Shown here: positions 26,869 to 41,344 of the stretch, piece by piece | Position numbering within the stretch: position 1 is the first letter of the stretch | Layout of the letters: each line of letters begins with the position of its first letter | NCBI GenBank assembly: GCA_965153455.1 | Contig: OZ234493.1 | Span: forward strand, 35,764,213-35,828,212 | Reading direction: 5' to 3' | DNA length: 64,000 nucleotides | Source: Sphagnum compactum | Lineage: Eukaryota | Program-made: the position numbers and the translations under genes | Notes under the pieces: model-generated | Database searches by the model: none | Seen by the model: only the letters and a program-made list of their open reading frames with translations | Told to the model about the DNA's origin: nothing

Positions 26869-27342
26869 AACCCCTTGGTTGCACACAGCTTGGCACGAAT
26901 CACTCACAAGCTCTCTAGCTATGGAGAGATACTCAGTGAAACTACAGACCAGTAGCAGAGGAAAGACCACCTGAGAGCTAAAAAACTGGGAAAAGAACAA
27001 CAACACTGCACATCAAGAGACAGGATGACTTCTGGTGCAAGATAGACAGGAATAGCTCAGGGCAACCTTTCTACTCGGAGTACCCATGATTTGCCACTAT
27101 GCCAAACATTCTTGAAATCCTACCATACTAGTACTACTGCAACTCTGAGCAAAGCGAAAAAAGATTGCAAGAGTTTCAATCTGGACAAGAAAACTGAATC
27201 CCACGATTCTGGAGTAGTCTAGTTCTGGACAGAAAAAGCTCTAAACTTGAGCGGGATCTACACATGAGCTGCACGGTGCTGCACCCACCCTAGTCTAAAG
27301 GCTGGTGAGAGGATCGTGCCAAGCCGCGGCGACAAAGGGGAT
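26869..27342 (-). ncRNA. MIR536: MIR536 precursor hairpin, copy 1 (mature miR536 at 26878-26899; star arm ~27312-27334)
   Basis: The reverse complement of 26878-26899 is UUCGUGCCAAGCUGUGUGCAAC, the miR536 sequence I recall from Physcomitrium. The complementary arm at 27301-27342 (gctggtgagaggatcgtgccaagccgcggcgacaaagggga) pairs with it. Its C/T differences become G:U wobbles only on the minus strand. A TATAAA lies upstream on the minus strand. Confidence 0.9.
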
Positions 27343-27555
27343 GCATTCGAAGATAGCGTCGTTGCTCACCATGAGCTTACTGCACTGCAACCCATGGAGA
27401 TCTCTTAGCGATTACACACGACTGTCGCTACATAAGTCCAGACCAGATCGGGCCGGCCGCTCCGGTGCCTGGCGACGGACGCAGTAGTCTCTAGCTTCGA
27501 CGATGAGGTCCGACAATTGCGAGAAGAATGGTTGCCTCGTGCTAGGCAAGGGATC

Positions 27556-27561
27556 TTTATA
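27556..27561 (-). promoter_or_regulatory. TATA box of MIR536 copy 1
   Basis: TATAAA on the minus strand about 215 nt upstream of the hairpin; positionally matched in copy 2. Confidence 0.55.
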
Positions 27562-27633
27562 AAGGGGAAAAGAGACGTCGCGGGAAAGAATGAAAGGAGC
27601 AGCTTGCAGCATCGGTTTACTGTTGTCTTTTAT

Positions 27634-27654
27634 TTTTGTGTGGAACAGCGCAAT
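27634..27654 (-). promoter_or_regulatory. Conserved 21-bp upstream element of MIR536 copy 1
   Basis: ttttgtgtggaacagcgcaat is identical at 42283-42303, while the flanks cannot be aligned. Confidence 0.6.
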
Positions 27655-29459
27655 AAACGGAAGCTGTAGAGATAGGCCCACCATGATGCCGATCCCCTCC
27701 CCCTGTGACGACCTCCCTTATCAAAGAAACTCATCAGCTGGCTGAGTCGACGATCCACAAAGGAGAGAGATCAAAGGAAAGCTGCAGGGCAGCACCAGCG
27801 TTAGTTGTGGTTGTCCGTTTCCGACACCAGTTGCTCCTATCCACTCGCTGGCCGGGAACAGTAGCTAGCTTGAATCTTACTGCAACCTAGGTACTACAAT
27901 CTGGTGGAATACCTGCAACAGAACTAGAGCCAAGCTACCAAGCTAGCTAGCGAGCTGTGGGGGATTCTGAACTAGCGATTGGACAAATCCGCGGGATAAC
28001 CGCTGACATTAAGCAGGGGTAGCCACAAGCCACCCAACTGCTCATCAGGATCTCTGACAAAGTCCTGAACCACTCAATATACCGTAACATAAGTATCTGG
28101 ACACCACGACAGAACATGAATTCTTGTGCTGCATGCTGGCGACAGACAGACTTCCACCTAATTTCACTTGCCGATGATACTTACGGGATGAGGAGCAAAC
28201 TCTGCACCACTGCTAGTCGAACACGACTAGATCACGCCAAGGATATTTTTATATTAAATCTAGATTCTTCTCATAATTTTGCAAAATTTTCAACCAAGAA
28301 ACTATTCCTGCTGCTGTGCTGCCTGCAGCTCTTCTGAATTGATCAAGCTTGAAACCCTCGATATATATATCCATGTATATATATATAGATATTTACACAT
28401 TCTAGATCGGATATTCACTATCTAGTGTACATAGCTGGTGTGCAGCTGAAAAATATATTGTACATATATATATCTATATATATGAAATATCTATACTCAC
28501 TCCAAATTTTGCTCTGCAGTTCAAGACTTTGCACTGTAAGCCTTGATCTGCATAACTTACTTAGTTAGCTAGACTTGTAATCAAGGGACGACTTTTGTGG
28601 CGGGGGGGGGGGGGAGGGGGGAGCGAGCGAAAGAAAGCTATTCCAGCTGCTTTGCTTATGTCAGGTGGCGAACAAGACGACAAGGAATACGACAAGCAGC
28701 TGGACTAGCTAGGATCTGCCCATCGTCACTGTTGCGGGCCGCTAGCTTGCTGCTCAGATCAACACGCTGCGGTTTCGTTACGTTCCACTAAGTTGCACTT
28801 GCACGTCAATTGAGAATATACTTCAGCTTCAATATATGCTTGGCTTGTGTTCTCCGGTGATATAATATCCAACAAAAATATATTCATATTTCTAGCTAGA
28901 TTTTTATGATTGCAACTCATATATATATATATAATTTGAATAGTTGACAATCGTGTACATTGTATGGATTTAATTATCGTTGTTCAAGTTCAGCAATTCT
29001 TCATGCTTTCGTTTTGCACTAAATAGAATATATGTAATTTAGTTGTTTTCAAGTTCAAAACTAAAGATTTCATTCATATTGTTCTGCTTGCCACCACATG
29101 TTGTTGAACCTCTGTTGTTCTTGCAAGTTGAGCTTGAATTAATCAAGAACTCGATCTTGCAGTCTTATTAGTATATTGAGGTTTTATTCAGTTTTACAAG
29201 TTTCATGACACCTGCACGATCACATGATGAACATGTAGAAACAAGTTCGTTTTGAGCAAGCTTGTTAGTGCTTGCTAGTTTGATTCATGGTTTTTCAATC
29301 ACATTTTTAAACTTTTGAAATTGAGAATTTAGTTTTTCACTTGAGTTAACAAGAACTTGTAGTTTCATTTAAGGTTTTAGTCATATGTTTTTAAATTTTT
29401 AAATAAGTTTGTTTTGAAGTTAATAAAAAAAAATTTGTAATTAGTTTGACTATCATTTT

Positions 29460-30900
29460 ATATATGTAAATTTCGGTCATATGTTGTTAAACCTTTAAAC
29501 AGGTTAACTTTAATCAAAACATGTAATTTAAACAATATTTCATTTTTATCATGTAAACTTCAAACACATGTGATTGAACTTTTAAACAAGATAGCTTTGA
29601 TTTTTATCAAGACATGCAACTTGATTAAGATTTGATTTTATTCATGTAAATTTCAGTCACATGTTGTTGAGCCTTTAAACAAGTTAACTTTAATAAAAAA
29701 CATGCAATTTAAACAATATTTTATTTTTATCATGTAAACTTCAATCACATGTGATTGAACTTTTAAACAAGATAGCTTTGATTTTTATCACGACATGCAA
29801 CTTGATTAAGATTTGATTTTATTCATGTGAATTTCAGTCACATGTTGTTGAGCCTTTAAACAAGTTAACTTTAATCAAAACATGCAATTTAAACAATATT
29901 TCGTTTTTATCATGTAAACTTCAATCACATTTGATTAAACTTTTAAACAAGTTAGCTTAGATCTTTATCAAGACATGCAACTTGATTAAGATTTGATTTT
30001 ATTCATGTAAATTTTAGTCACATGTTGTTGAGCTTTTAAACAAGTTAACTTTAATCAAAACATGCAATTTAAACAATATTTCGTTTTTATCATGTAAACT
30101 TCAATCACATTTGATTAAACTTTTAAACAAGTTAGCTTAGATCTTTATCAAGACATGCAACTTGATTAGGATTTGATTTTATTCATGTAAATTTTAGTCA
30201 CATGTTGTTGAGCTTTTAAACAAGTTAACTTTAATCAAAACATGCAATTTAAACAATATTTCGTTTTTATCATGTAAACTTCAATCACATTTGATTAAAC
30301 TTTTAAACAAGTTAGCTTTGACCTTTATTAAGACATGTAACTTGATTAAGATTTGATTTTATTCATGTAAATTTCAGTCACATGTTGTTGAGCCTTTAAA
30401 CAAGTTAACTTTAATCAAAACATGCAATTTAAACAATATTGCGTTTTTATCATGTAAACTTCAATCACATTTGATTAAACTTTTAAACAAGTTAGCTTTG
30501 GTCTTTATCAAGACATGCAACCTAATTAAGATTTGATTTTATTCATGTAAATTTCAATCACATGTGGTTGAACATTTAAAAAAGTTAGATTTAATATTTA
30601 ATCAAGACATCCAACTTGAACAAGATTTGATATAAATTTCAATCACAAGTCATGGTTGAACTTTTAAACATGCTTACTTTGATCTTTAATCAAGATAGGC
30701 AACTTGAGCAAGATTTAATTTCATACATGTAAATTTTAGTCACATGTTGTTGAACCTTTAAGCTAGATAAGTTTGATACTTAATTCAGATGTGTAACTTG
30801 AAAAAAAATCTAATTTCATTCATATGAATTTCAGTCCATCATGTTGATCCTTTAAGTGAGTTAACTTTGATATTTAATCAGGACATGCAAATTGAACAAT
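29460..30900. repeat. 180-bp satellite-like array made of related 87+93-bp subunits, ~6 homogeneous units with degenerate flanks
   Basis: The sequence recurs every 180 nt between 29640 and 30560; both subunits start catgtaaa.ttca.tcacat. Confidence 0.92.
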
Positions 30901-33900
30901 CTAACTTCAATTGTGTAATCAATCACATGTGTTGTTGAACATTTAAATAAGAATTTTAACAACATATTGCAATTATAATTTAGTGGGCTTTTAGTGGTTT
31001 TCAACATGGCATGTTGTTGAACCTATTTAAAACAAGTCGACAATGTATTTTATAAGTACATAATTGGTTTTTCATTCATGGTTTTCAACCACATGTGTTA
31101 TCTTTAATCAAGTACATTTTCTATGATAAATGAAGTTAAATAATTTTGATCATGTTCATGCAAAATTTTAATTAAAAAAATTTATCCATGTTTTTTAGAC
31201 TTGCATCTATTATTTATTTTGTTGGATTTTAATCATGTTGTTCAACTCTGCATGTTATTTCAAACCTAGAAAAATGTTAATTCTAATAATCATATGTGAT
31301 TTTAATAAGACTTCATTCATTGTGTTGTGATGATTTCATTAAATTCATGTTTTTCAACATAGGTTAGATCAACTTCATCAAAATAACATGAATGTGATAG
31401 TCATTAAAATAGTTTTGGTTGTGATTCAATCATATGTTGTTAAACCTTTTAACCAATTCCATTTAAATTAAATATAGATGAAAAATTGTTCATAATCTTT
31501 TTTTCTTTTTGTTTATCCATATGTTTTGAAATTGTAGACAAGTTTAGTGTGTTTTTTAAACATTAAATTTTTAGCAAGATTTCTTGATATTAAATTATTT
31601 TAAGTAACAAGTTAAATATGATATTATTTAATTGTGCATGATGTGGAATGTTTAAATGAGAGATGAGTCTTATGATAGTCATATGTACATTTTAATAGGT
31701 TTTCATTCACGTTATTATATCTCTTAATGAAATGAAGTTATGATCTAGTCAAGTTCATTGGACTTTGTTGATTTCAATTTCACATGTCATGTTTAATGAA
31801 CTGAAACAAGCTGATGGTAAACCTATTAATTTACATTTTGGTAGGACTTTAATATTTATGCATGTGTTAAATTAAACTTAAATAAGATACAAGTTAAAAG
31901 TGATTATCATTTTATTTTGGTAAAATTTCATTCACATTGTTCAACCACATGTTATTAAACATGTTAACATTGAATGTTACATTTATTCACATTTGAGAAA
32001 AAAATATTCAAAATTTTCAATGACACATCTGTTGTTGAATTTAGTCTAAAACTTAATGTTAAAATAATTTTAATCAACATGTTGTTTGAAAGTTGTGGTA
32101 GGAGTTTATTCAAAAAAATTATTCACATTTTATTAAGCTTGTAAATAAGTACATTCAATGATGTTTTCAATATTTTTGTCACATGTTTTCACCATTAATT
32201 ATTTTTAAATTACTAAACTATATATGTTTTACAATTAGTTTTACAAATTTAAAAAAAAAATGGAAGCAAATGATCGTTATTGTTCTATTCAATCACCATC
32301 TATTGAACTTTTCAACAAACTTTCATTATGGTTACATGATTTTGTTTATGTGACAATATTTTTCAATTGTTAGATGTGATCAAACTCTATTTGATAATAA
32401 TGTGTCCCCACTTCTTTGATTATAATTTGGTGAATCCAATTGAAAGTTGATATTTCAAAGCTATAACAACATCAATTAAAAGATCCACAAAATGGTGTTG
32501 ACCATTTACATATTTTGTCTACCCATATACATGTACTATTAATTCATAGTAATACATGTTTTAGTAAAGTATTCAAGCTTTGAAGGATAAGTTTCTTTTG
32601 TAATACTCTTGATGCAACTAGCATTTTCACAATTGAATTTAGATTTAATTTCACCCCTCAAAATTTTAATGTGTTGAATCTGCACATTGCTTTTTATGCA
32701 CATAAAAATGTATCTATTAAAGTTGTGGGTATGAACCATTTATGTATATGATTGAACACAAAATGACCAATATGTCGTTTAAGTATATTTGTTATCAAAT
32801 CAACTTTCAACCCTATATATTACATGAATTCAAATATTTTACCAAGTTGATTAAACATGTTTCATAGTCTAATAAATTGTGACATGTTATACCATCAATA
32901 TATATTAACAAATATATAAAAATTACGACTGACGTAGTGATCACAAAACAATAATATGAACATTATGTTTAAAGGTTATTATCAATGCATCACACGCATG
33001 TGATTCAAATTTGTGAATATCAATCAAATATGATTTGATGAATATCAAATATGAAAGGACGGGGGGTGTGGGGACCAAAAAGCTCTTTCCAACTTCAACT
33101 TTTAAAAAGGATAACTTATATTATATTTGATGTGCTTTCATCTTTTGGTTGACATAGGTCATTACTACAAGATTGGGGTGTAGTTTCGCCATCCAATACA
33201 CGACGGCGCCTTAAAAATGAACTAGGTCACCATTTCACTACATCATTTTATTTAAAAGTGAACTTTATTGTAAAGTGAACTAGCTCACCATCACGTGCTT
33301 ACACCATTTCACCTTGGGTAAAACTTGAATCATTCATGTTGACGTATATAGTAAAAGCAATTACTAAGGTAATTCATTGAGGTCATTTTTTTAGTTATTC
33401 AAATAATTATTTTAATTTAAAATAAAAAGCTTATAATTTGTGAATAACTTATATATTGCATTATGCTTATGTGTAAACTTATTAAATGTATTTATGTTAA
33501 ATATAATGTACACACCTTTATGTACACACATGTATTTAATACTTAACATGTTATAACCAATATATTTCAAAATATTAAAATAAAAATAAAATAAAAGAAT
33601 TATTTTTGACATAATATACTAGTTATTTTTATAATGTAATATGAAACATTAATACCAGTTTTATTATTAATTAAGATAAATGATTTTTTAATATTTCATT
33701 TTATGTCAAATTTCGTAAATTCTTTTGCAGGAACAAACATTGTAACTTGTCAAATCATATTTTCTTATATGAAAAATATTTTGTGGGTTGTCATTAATCA
33801 ATCAAAAAAAATTAAAATGGGTTTTCTTCTAAATGGTTTGATTTTTTTTATAATGTACTATAATTTAGAATATTATAAAAATATGACAAATTCATTATTG

Positions 33901-34096
33901 GTGAGTTTGTACAATGTATAAAATTGTATAAAATCACAAATTGGGGTTTATTAATTAATAACTAAACTTTGAAAGGAAAAAAAAAACAACCAAAGTGATA
34001 ATGTTTTGTACAGTCTACTAGAAAAATGATTTTATACAATTTAGAGGCCAGTGCACTTCATCCAAAGCACTTCAGTATTTGACTGTGTACCAGGAA

Positions 34097-34585
34097 CCAG
34101 AGTATTTTTATTTTCCCCCCAATTTTGTGATGTAGCTGAAGTGGTGATCATTCATAAGATAATTTAGCCATAATTGGCAATAAGAAAGAAAGTATGAAAA
34201 TAAAAACATTCTAGCATCCTTCTATGTTTTTGGCTACCTGTTACCACTTAGGATAGAATTTGGAGATTTTTATAAATTTTAAAAGATTTTTTTTCAAAAA
34301 TTTCAGATGTTGTGTCATTGGCTAGCATCCTACAAAGGGATTTAGCATTAAATGGCCATAGGTTTTTAGAACTTATTTAAACAATTAAAAAATAAGTTTA
34401 AAAAAAATGCTACCAAACTAAAAGTAGAGTTCAAATGTGATAAATTTTTTTTTGAAATTTTCTCTTCCCCAAATTTGATGATTTTTTTCAGAAAAAAATG
34501 GGAAAATTATCACAGAATATTCCCTTTCTATTTTGATTTCTCACATTTTGACAAGATTTTGCACACAAAAAAAAAACCCATGGTA
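34097..34585. repeat. MITE-like dispersed repeat related to 39060-39380 and 11930-12060
   Basis: Shared tgtagct.aagtgg..atcattc and cttc/ttt.tatgtt(t)ttggcta blocks; ends poorly defined. Confidence 0.45.
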
Positions 34586-36399
34586 AGTGAACCCACTCTA
34601 AACCGTTGAATTTTTCAATTATCACTTATTAGATCTAATAATGCACAACCCCAAATCAAAGTTTACAAAGAAGATTGATCATATGTAAACTTTTCATAAG
34701 TGATATTTTAGTGCAAATGGCTTTTTAATGCAAATTGTGAAAGGTCCTTGCAATTGATAAAAACACATGTTCTTCTCTGGAGGGAGATGCTTTGAAATAC
34801 AAAGGAAGACAAATTTGGAGTGTTTTATGCATAAGAGGATTTTTTGTGAATTGGTAATCAATGTTCTTCTTATTTTGGTGGTGAAGTTTCAGTAGTATTT
34901 TGTGAAAGTTTTGTTTATAATTTTTTTTGGGAAAAAACATGTTTTTTTTATCAATGTGAAGTGTGTTGTTTCAGCAAAAAAATTTGCCACATTTGCAAAA
35001 AAAAATTAAACGACAAAAGAAAGCTGTTTTTATCCTTTGGCTCAAAAAGGTTTCATCACCAAATTTGGCATATTTTTTGTAATTAGGTACTAGATTATTA
35101 ATAACACAAACGAAAAATAAATTGGTCAAATGTCTCACACTCTCCATGGACAACACATAACATTCGATTGTGGTGAATGCATTGTACAACCTTTAAATTG
35201 ATGATAATTTTGTTACAAAAAATCGTCTTTTCTATGAAAATCGGTTAAAGAATAATGTTGTAAACATGGGCGGATTGTTACAAAAAAGTACATGCCATTG
35301 CCAAGCTTGTGTTCCAATCAACCCACTTCATATTTCTTCAATCTTGCAAGCAATTCAATTTTATGATCAACACAAAGAGTGCATAAGGTCTTCACAATGC
35401 GAGGAAAATCAAGGTGTAAGCAAGGCCAACTATATATATATGGCTTTGCATGTCTGTTCATGCTCAAAAGAACTAACTAAAAAACTCACAATTTCAGTTC
35501 ACTTAGATTCTTGTACTTAATTCTATCAGTTCTTTTAATAAATTTTCATCTTTTCAATGTGAGAATTATTGTGATAAACTTTTCATTAGAAGCACAAAGG
35601 TTGAAGTCCCACCAATAATAAATAGCAAAAAATATTGTCTTTTATAGTCACTTGATTACACTTGTATGGACAAAGTTTTGTCAAAATATAGATTGAGACA
35701 TTATCTACAACAAGACATTCTTTTAAGTTTTTCTTCTCGAGTCTAATCAAAATAGCCACCAATTGCCAAAGTTGTGTCCATTTGGCATATCCATAATATT
35801 GTTATATCAACCGGTGTTGGGTGTGTATATTACGTTAGACATACCCTCCATGTTAGTATAAATTAAATTTGAAACTTATTTACGTTTACCCACCATGTAA
35901 ATTAGTGCAAACCATGGAAAAAAGATTTGAAAACAAATTCATGCAAAAGTTGTCAACAAGAGTGTCACTAAACAAAACATTCCCAAAGTTTCAAAAAACA
36001 AATAGTGATGGGCCAATTAAATTTGCTCATTATAAATAAACAAGTGAATCATAAAAAACTTTGGGACACACCACAACAAATTAATATGAAACAGACTAAT
36101 ACTTGATGGTATAATGAGCCAAAGGTGCTTAAATTGAACTCCTTTTCCAAAGATTGCATGTGACATGTAGTATCCAAGTGTTTGTCAAGTATTTCAAATA
36201 AAAAAAAATTCAGACCTAGTTTACAATTATGTGTGATATAAATAGCTTTTATTACATCTTGATCCTAATATATCATGTGTATTATGTATTCATGTTTTTT
36301 ATCACATAACTATAAATACTTTTGTTAAAGACACATTTTCAAATTTCAAAATTTTAGGGCCAAAAACACATTTAAATGAAAAGCACCAAAATGGGTTTT

Positions 36400-37130
36400 A
36401 CAAATGAATTTCACCAATTTTTTAAACTCGTGTTATTTTAAAACTCATTAATGTTAAAATATTTTTTAATTTTGAGAAAAAATGGTGCACACTTGATTCA
36501 ATTTTGAAAATCAATGGTGCACATTTGATATATATTAATAAAAAAAAAACTCAAATAATTGTTTTTTCACAATAGGGTTTTGAGTCTTTAAACATGCAAA
36601 AGGACTTTTGAAACATTATCAAATTTCATCAAATTTTTATCATTGAAAAGTTGCAAATAATGAAATTCATTTTTAAAAAACATAAAAATTGACAATCCAA
36701 ATTATTATGTTCCCTTCATGATTTTTCAATAATATAAAATTATAATTTTAAGCACTATCAACATTGTTTTATAACTACTTTTAATATGTTTACACATGTA
36801 TAATATGATTTAAAAACTAATACATGTTTGTACATTAGTTTTCAAATATAATTAAAATGAAGTTGTGCCTTATGAAAATCCTTGATGATTTTATTTTGAC
36901 GAATGTTAAGTGGATACTTCTTTAAGGTGAATCATGATAGGTTTTTGCAATATTGAAAAAAACAACTACCAAAATTATACATACCAAAAATTGGAATGAC
37001 TACCTAATGTTTTGAATTCAAAAATTAAGTTACATTTTAGAAGCTAACTTAAAAGCTTTCAAATAGGTCATTGTTTTTTAACCAACAAGATCCATCTTTA
37101 TCTTTGGAAAAGGTATTAATCCATGAATGG
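36400..37130. repeat. Dispersed repeat (homologous to 12470-12760 and 48050-48330)
   Basis: See above; also aatggtgcaca.ttgat and caaattatt.tg..c.ct blocks shared with 48110-48300. Confidence 0.65.
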
Positions 37131-39659
37131 CACATGGGATAGTGTAGGTATTTGCAAGATCAATACATGAATTTCGAACAATTTTTTTAGGATCTTGAAT
37201 CTTCAATAAGGAAAACTTAAATAAGGATCATGTTCCTAACCAAGTTCCATATAATGATTTATTATGGATATCCAAGATCTACAACACATTTTAGTTGATA
37301 ATAAAAATTAATAATCATGTTTAAAGTTTCCTATCACATCCCCAAGGAAAATTTCAATTTAAAATGGTCTCATGAACATATAATACTTGATTTTCTTTAG
37401 ATAACAGGTGCAACCAAAAATGGATAAATTAAATGGTTAATGGTCTTTAGAACAATGCCATTATTCAAGTTGATATTTTTTTCCCAATGCCTATTTTTAA
37501 CTAAACAACTTTGTTAACTTAATAAATGTTAATAATTACTTGTTGATCTAATTTACAAGGTACTATTACTAGTTAGATAATAGATTGACTTCAATTAGGG
37601 ACCTAGATTAAGGGGTTAACATTTTTATTTCTAACATTTCTAAAATCATGTCATCATGGCATTTAAATTTGGTAAATGTCTTGTTATCAAATATTTTATT
37701 TCTATAATGAAATATTCATAGTAAACAAATTACAAGAAAAGTTTTCAAAATATCATCATATTTAATAGTGAACCTATAAAAATCATTTACACAATCAAAT
37801 CCATTTTGACATCGATTTCAATCCAAGCAACATAAGGGGACATGCAAACTTAATTATTTTAAATAGAGATCTTATCTCAAATATATATTTTCATACAACA
37901 TTCATTTTCACATACTTCCAAAAGAAAACACTCTTTTAAGTCTAAAGAGTATCTATCAATGTTGTATGAGTGTGTTCTACTTTATAAATTTATGCACGTA
38001 ACAAACATGAGATTGGTCCCCACTAGTGCCTTTTCCTTTGCACGTTTTTATAGTTGTGAGTGGTTGTGATTCCATTGGCGATTAGATTGGATTTATGACT
38101 TGTGGGCCGGTGTACATACATAAACTAATACATTGGACATAGCCAACAATGTGATTTGGAACCTTTCTCAAAGGAAAGTCCAAAGTCCCATGGTTTGATT
38201 AGTACTAGCCTAGGTCAATCAAAAGAAGTCCCCTACTTCTTTGTGATACACCTTAGAGTGAATGTAAAACAAGATTCTTCTATGCACTCCAAAAGAGTTG
38301 CATTCTTACTAGTCAAAATCCCTTACATCTCCACCATTTTACTTTTTCTCAAAAATGAAATTGTGGAGATAATACATCTCAACAAAACTTCCCAACATTC
38401 TTTTGATCTCTCCAATTCCAACTTTGTTATGACATCAAACATTTCTTAACTGTGTTAATTTCCTTTGGAGGGTGATGTTTCAAGTAAGCTTCACTCATTT
38501 GAGTCAAAATCATCGAGTATACTAAATTGAATATGAAAACTAAATGAGTTCGCATTTTGTTTTCTTTTATTTTTGTTTGTATTACATATTTCACAATCTT
38601 TTTACAATTTTTATATTCATAAATGCTTTTTGTTTTATAAACCCATGTCTTCACTCAATACTATGAAGTGGAAATTCTATCAACTTAAACCTTCTAGGAG
38701 GTACCCATAGAAAAAGAATTAAAAATAATTATAATCCCATGCATTTAAACCATCTCCACCATTTTATTTTTTCTTCCTGCTAAACTTCACACTGAGGGGA
38801 CAAAAGCAAAACCAGTGAAAAGGGTACAAAGGATTTTTTAAGGCAAAAATGGCTATGCTCCAAAGTTACCACATTTTGAGGAAAAATATCCTGAAGTTGC
38901 CATATTTAGGCAATATGTCAAAACCCAGCAAGATTCGAAGACAAATTCTGCTTTCCTCAGATCTGACTTGTAGCCAAATTTGGCTCATTCCTCTTGTGGA
39001 CAATCACCAGTCCACCTACCTCACAAAATTGAAAGAAAAAAACCTTGATGTCCACGAGCCCGAGCTTTTTTTAAAGGAATTTCTTTTTGTAGCTAAAGTG
39101 GCAATCATTCCTTAGAAGATGGAGAAAAAGTGGCAATCATCAACCCTGGTATCATTTAATCAAATCTGGTTAATAATACACAAGAAATAAAGTACAAATA
39201 TTTTATAATCTTTTTATATGTTTGGCTATACAACGAAAATCACATATGAATTTGACAATATTTTTTCTGTTTTTTTCTCTCACTTCTTGCAACTGAAAAC
39301 CTCCAAAATCACTCTTTTTTTCAAGTTTTTATTTCTCATTTTGGTGATATATCTATCGCTAATATAAAAAAAACTGGCCTTGCGCCCTTTCTCAACCATC
39401 AAACATGTATGTGATAAAAGAAACATGTTGAAAACTAGATCTTACGCCCCTACATCTTATGACTTAGATGACCAACTAACCACTTGCAGAGAATTTGATT
39501 CAAAATCAAACATTTAAGGATACATTGAAAATTTTAAGAAAAAGGAAAGGGTACTAGATAATTAGTTTAAGTTTTAGCAATTGGCATGGATCCTTTTGAT
39601 CTAAATTGGATTGAAAAAAAGTGTGAAACACATCTTTGTTGGTTAGATACACAACCAAA

Positions 39660-39915
39660 ACACTTTGCATATTTAGGTAGGGTTTAGGGTTTAATGGGAA
39701 TCTCTACATAAAGGCTTTAGGGTTTTTATGCACATCTTTGCATAACTTTAGGTTTAGGAATTTATGCACATCTCTGCATAAATGTTTAGGGTCTTATGCC
39801 TGCATCTCAGCAGCCGAAAGGTTTAGGGTTTTCATGTGCAATCTCTGCATAAAGATTTAGGGTTTAAGGGTTTTATGTGCATCTGTCCACAAAGTTTTAG
39901 GGTTTAGGGTTTTAT
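39660..39915. repeat. ~40-bp tandem repeat carrying plant telomere motif TTTAGGG
   Basis: Units tgcacatctctgcataaaggtttagggttttta, about 6 copies. Confidence 0.75.
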
Positions 39916-41344
39916 TCACATTTCTGCATGTGAAGGTTTTTGGTTTTGCTGAGTTTCATAGGAAGATGTGGCCCAAAAGCTTGAGTTCTCAACTTCAGAA
40001 ATGGACATGCTCTGCACTTCCACAATGGAATATGTCTTGTTTGTGGGTGGCACATACACAGTTTGCACAGGAAGCTGACAATGGTCAAGATAGTTCTTGG
40101 CAGAGATTACAGTTTTGAACATTGAAGCTCCAGCTTCATGATGAGTTCAAACTTCTAAGAACTCAGGACTGAATATAATTCCTAAATATTCAGGACTCAC
40201 GCATATTGAAACAAGTTTGGAATTCTGAATTGAATTTCCATAACAAAAAAGATCAATTGCAGCGCTCATTTACACATCAAGTTCATTACAAGTAATTTTG
40301 TGAAGGACAAGCTGAAGCAAGTGCTGCAACAAGCTCGGACACATTGCAGTTTATTTGCAGATCTAATTGCATTGATCAAGACTAGAAAATCAAAATTTCT
40401 TTATAAAGCCATGATCTGAATTAGCTGCCAATGCAGCTAGCTAGATTTTATAGCTCTAGATATAGCTAGGTTCAGAGCATAATGGTACTAATGCATCAAT
40501 TGCAAGTGTAGTCGAGGTCTGCGTTTCTTCTTGGCAGCCATAGCTATGGCTAGCCGAAAGGAGTATTGCAGGTAGGCTGAATCCTAACTGATCTAGACAA
40601 CATATATATATTTACTGCAGCTAATTGCAGTACTGGAGTTGTTACTGAACAGATTTACAAATTTTCCTTTTTGCTGAACAGACGTCACACGTAATTGCAG
40701 TTAAGATGAGAAGCGATTACAAACACCGTGGTGGACTTGATAATCACAAAACAAAGAGATATGCACAGCTCGTCATGGGCTTCCAGCAGTACTACACTAT
40801 AGATCATTGCAGATCAACTACTACTGCAGTAACAAACATAAATCACGAGAGTACAAATAGATTAGTATCAAGATTCCAGCAGCTTGCATTCAATATCATG
40901 ATCACAGCTGACGCTAGAACAAACTGCAGGCATATCATGAAAACAAAAAGCTAGTCGAGATTTTTACATCGAGTTCTCATCGACTATGTATGTCTCGCGG
41001 GCAGCGGCTCGCCTTCAACTCCAGTGAGCTCCCTGCACAATATGCCACATACTTACTGTGATACTAAGAGGTGATCATCAGACTTGCAGTCCATCAACAA
41101 CGACATAGATCACAGCCAGAAGATACTTAATATATTTCTTCCAGGGACAGAATCATTTGGTAAATGAGTATCGAGTACACGTCTTAATGTGACCGACAAG
41201 AGCATGCCGCGTTACTTGCAAGTTGCATGATGGATTCGGAATCTCAGTCGCCCATGTATGACACGGGTTTGAGTCAGTTGCAGCTAGCTAGCCTGCTCCT
41301 CCTTGATCGTCGTCGTGATCACATCCGTGAACAAAAACAAAATG

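Noticed and set aside
35200-36000. Decayed coding or TE sequence (also 7700-8560 and 46300-47000)
   Set aside because: Composition is suggestive, but I could not recover any recognisable protein motif by eye; needs BLASTx.
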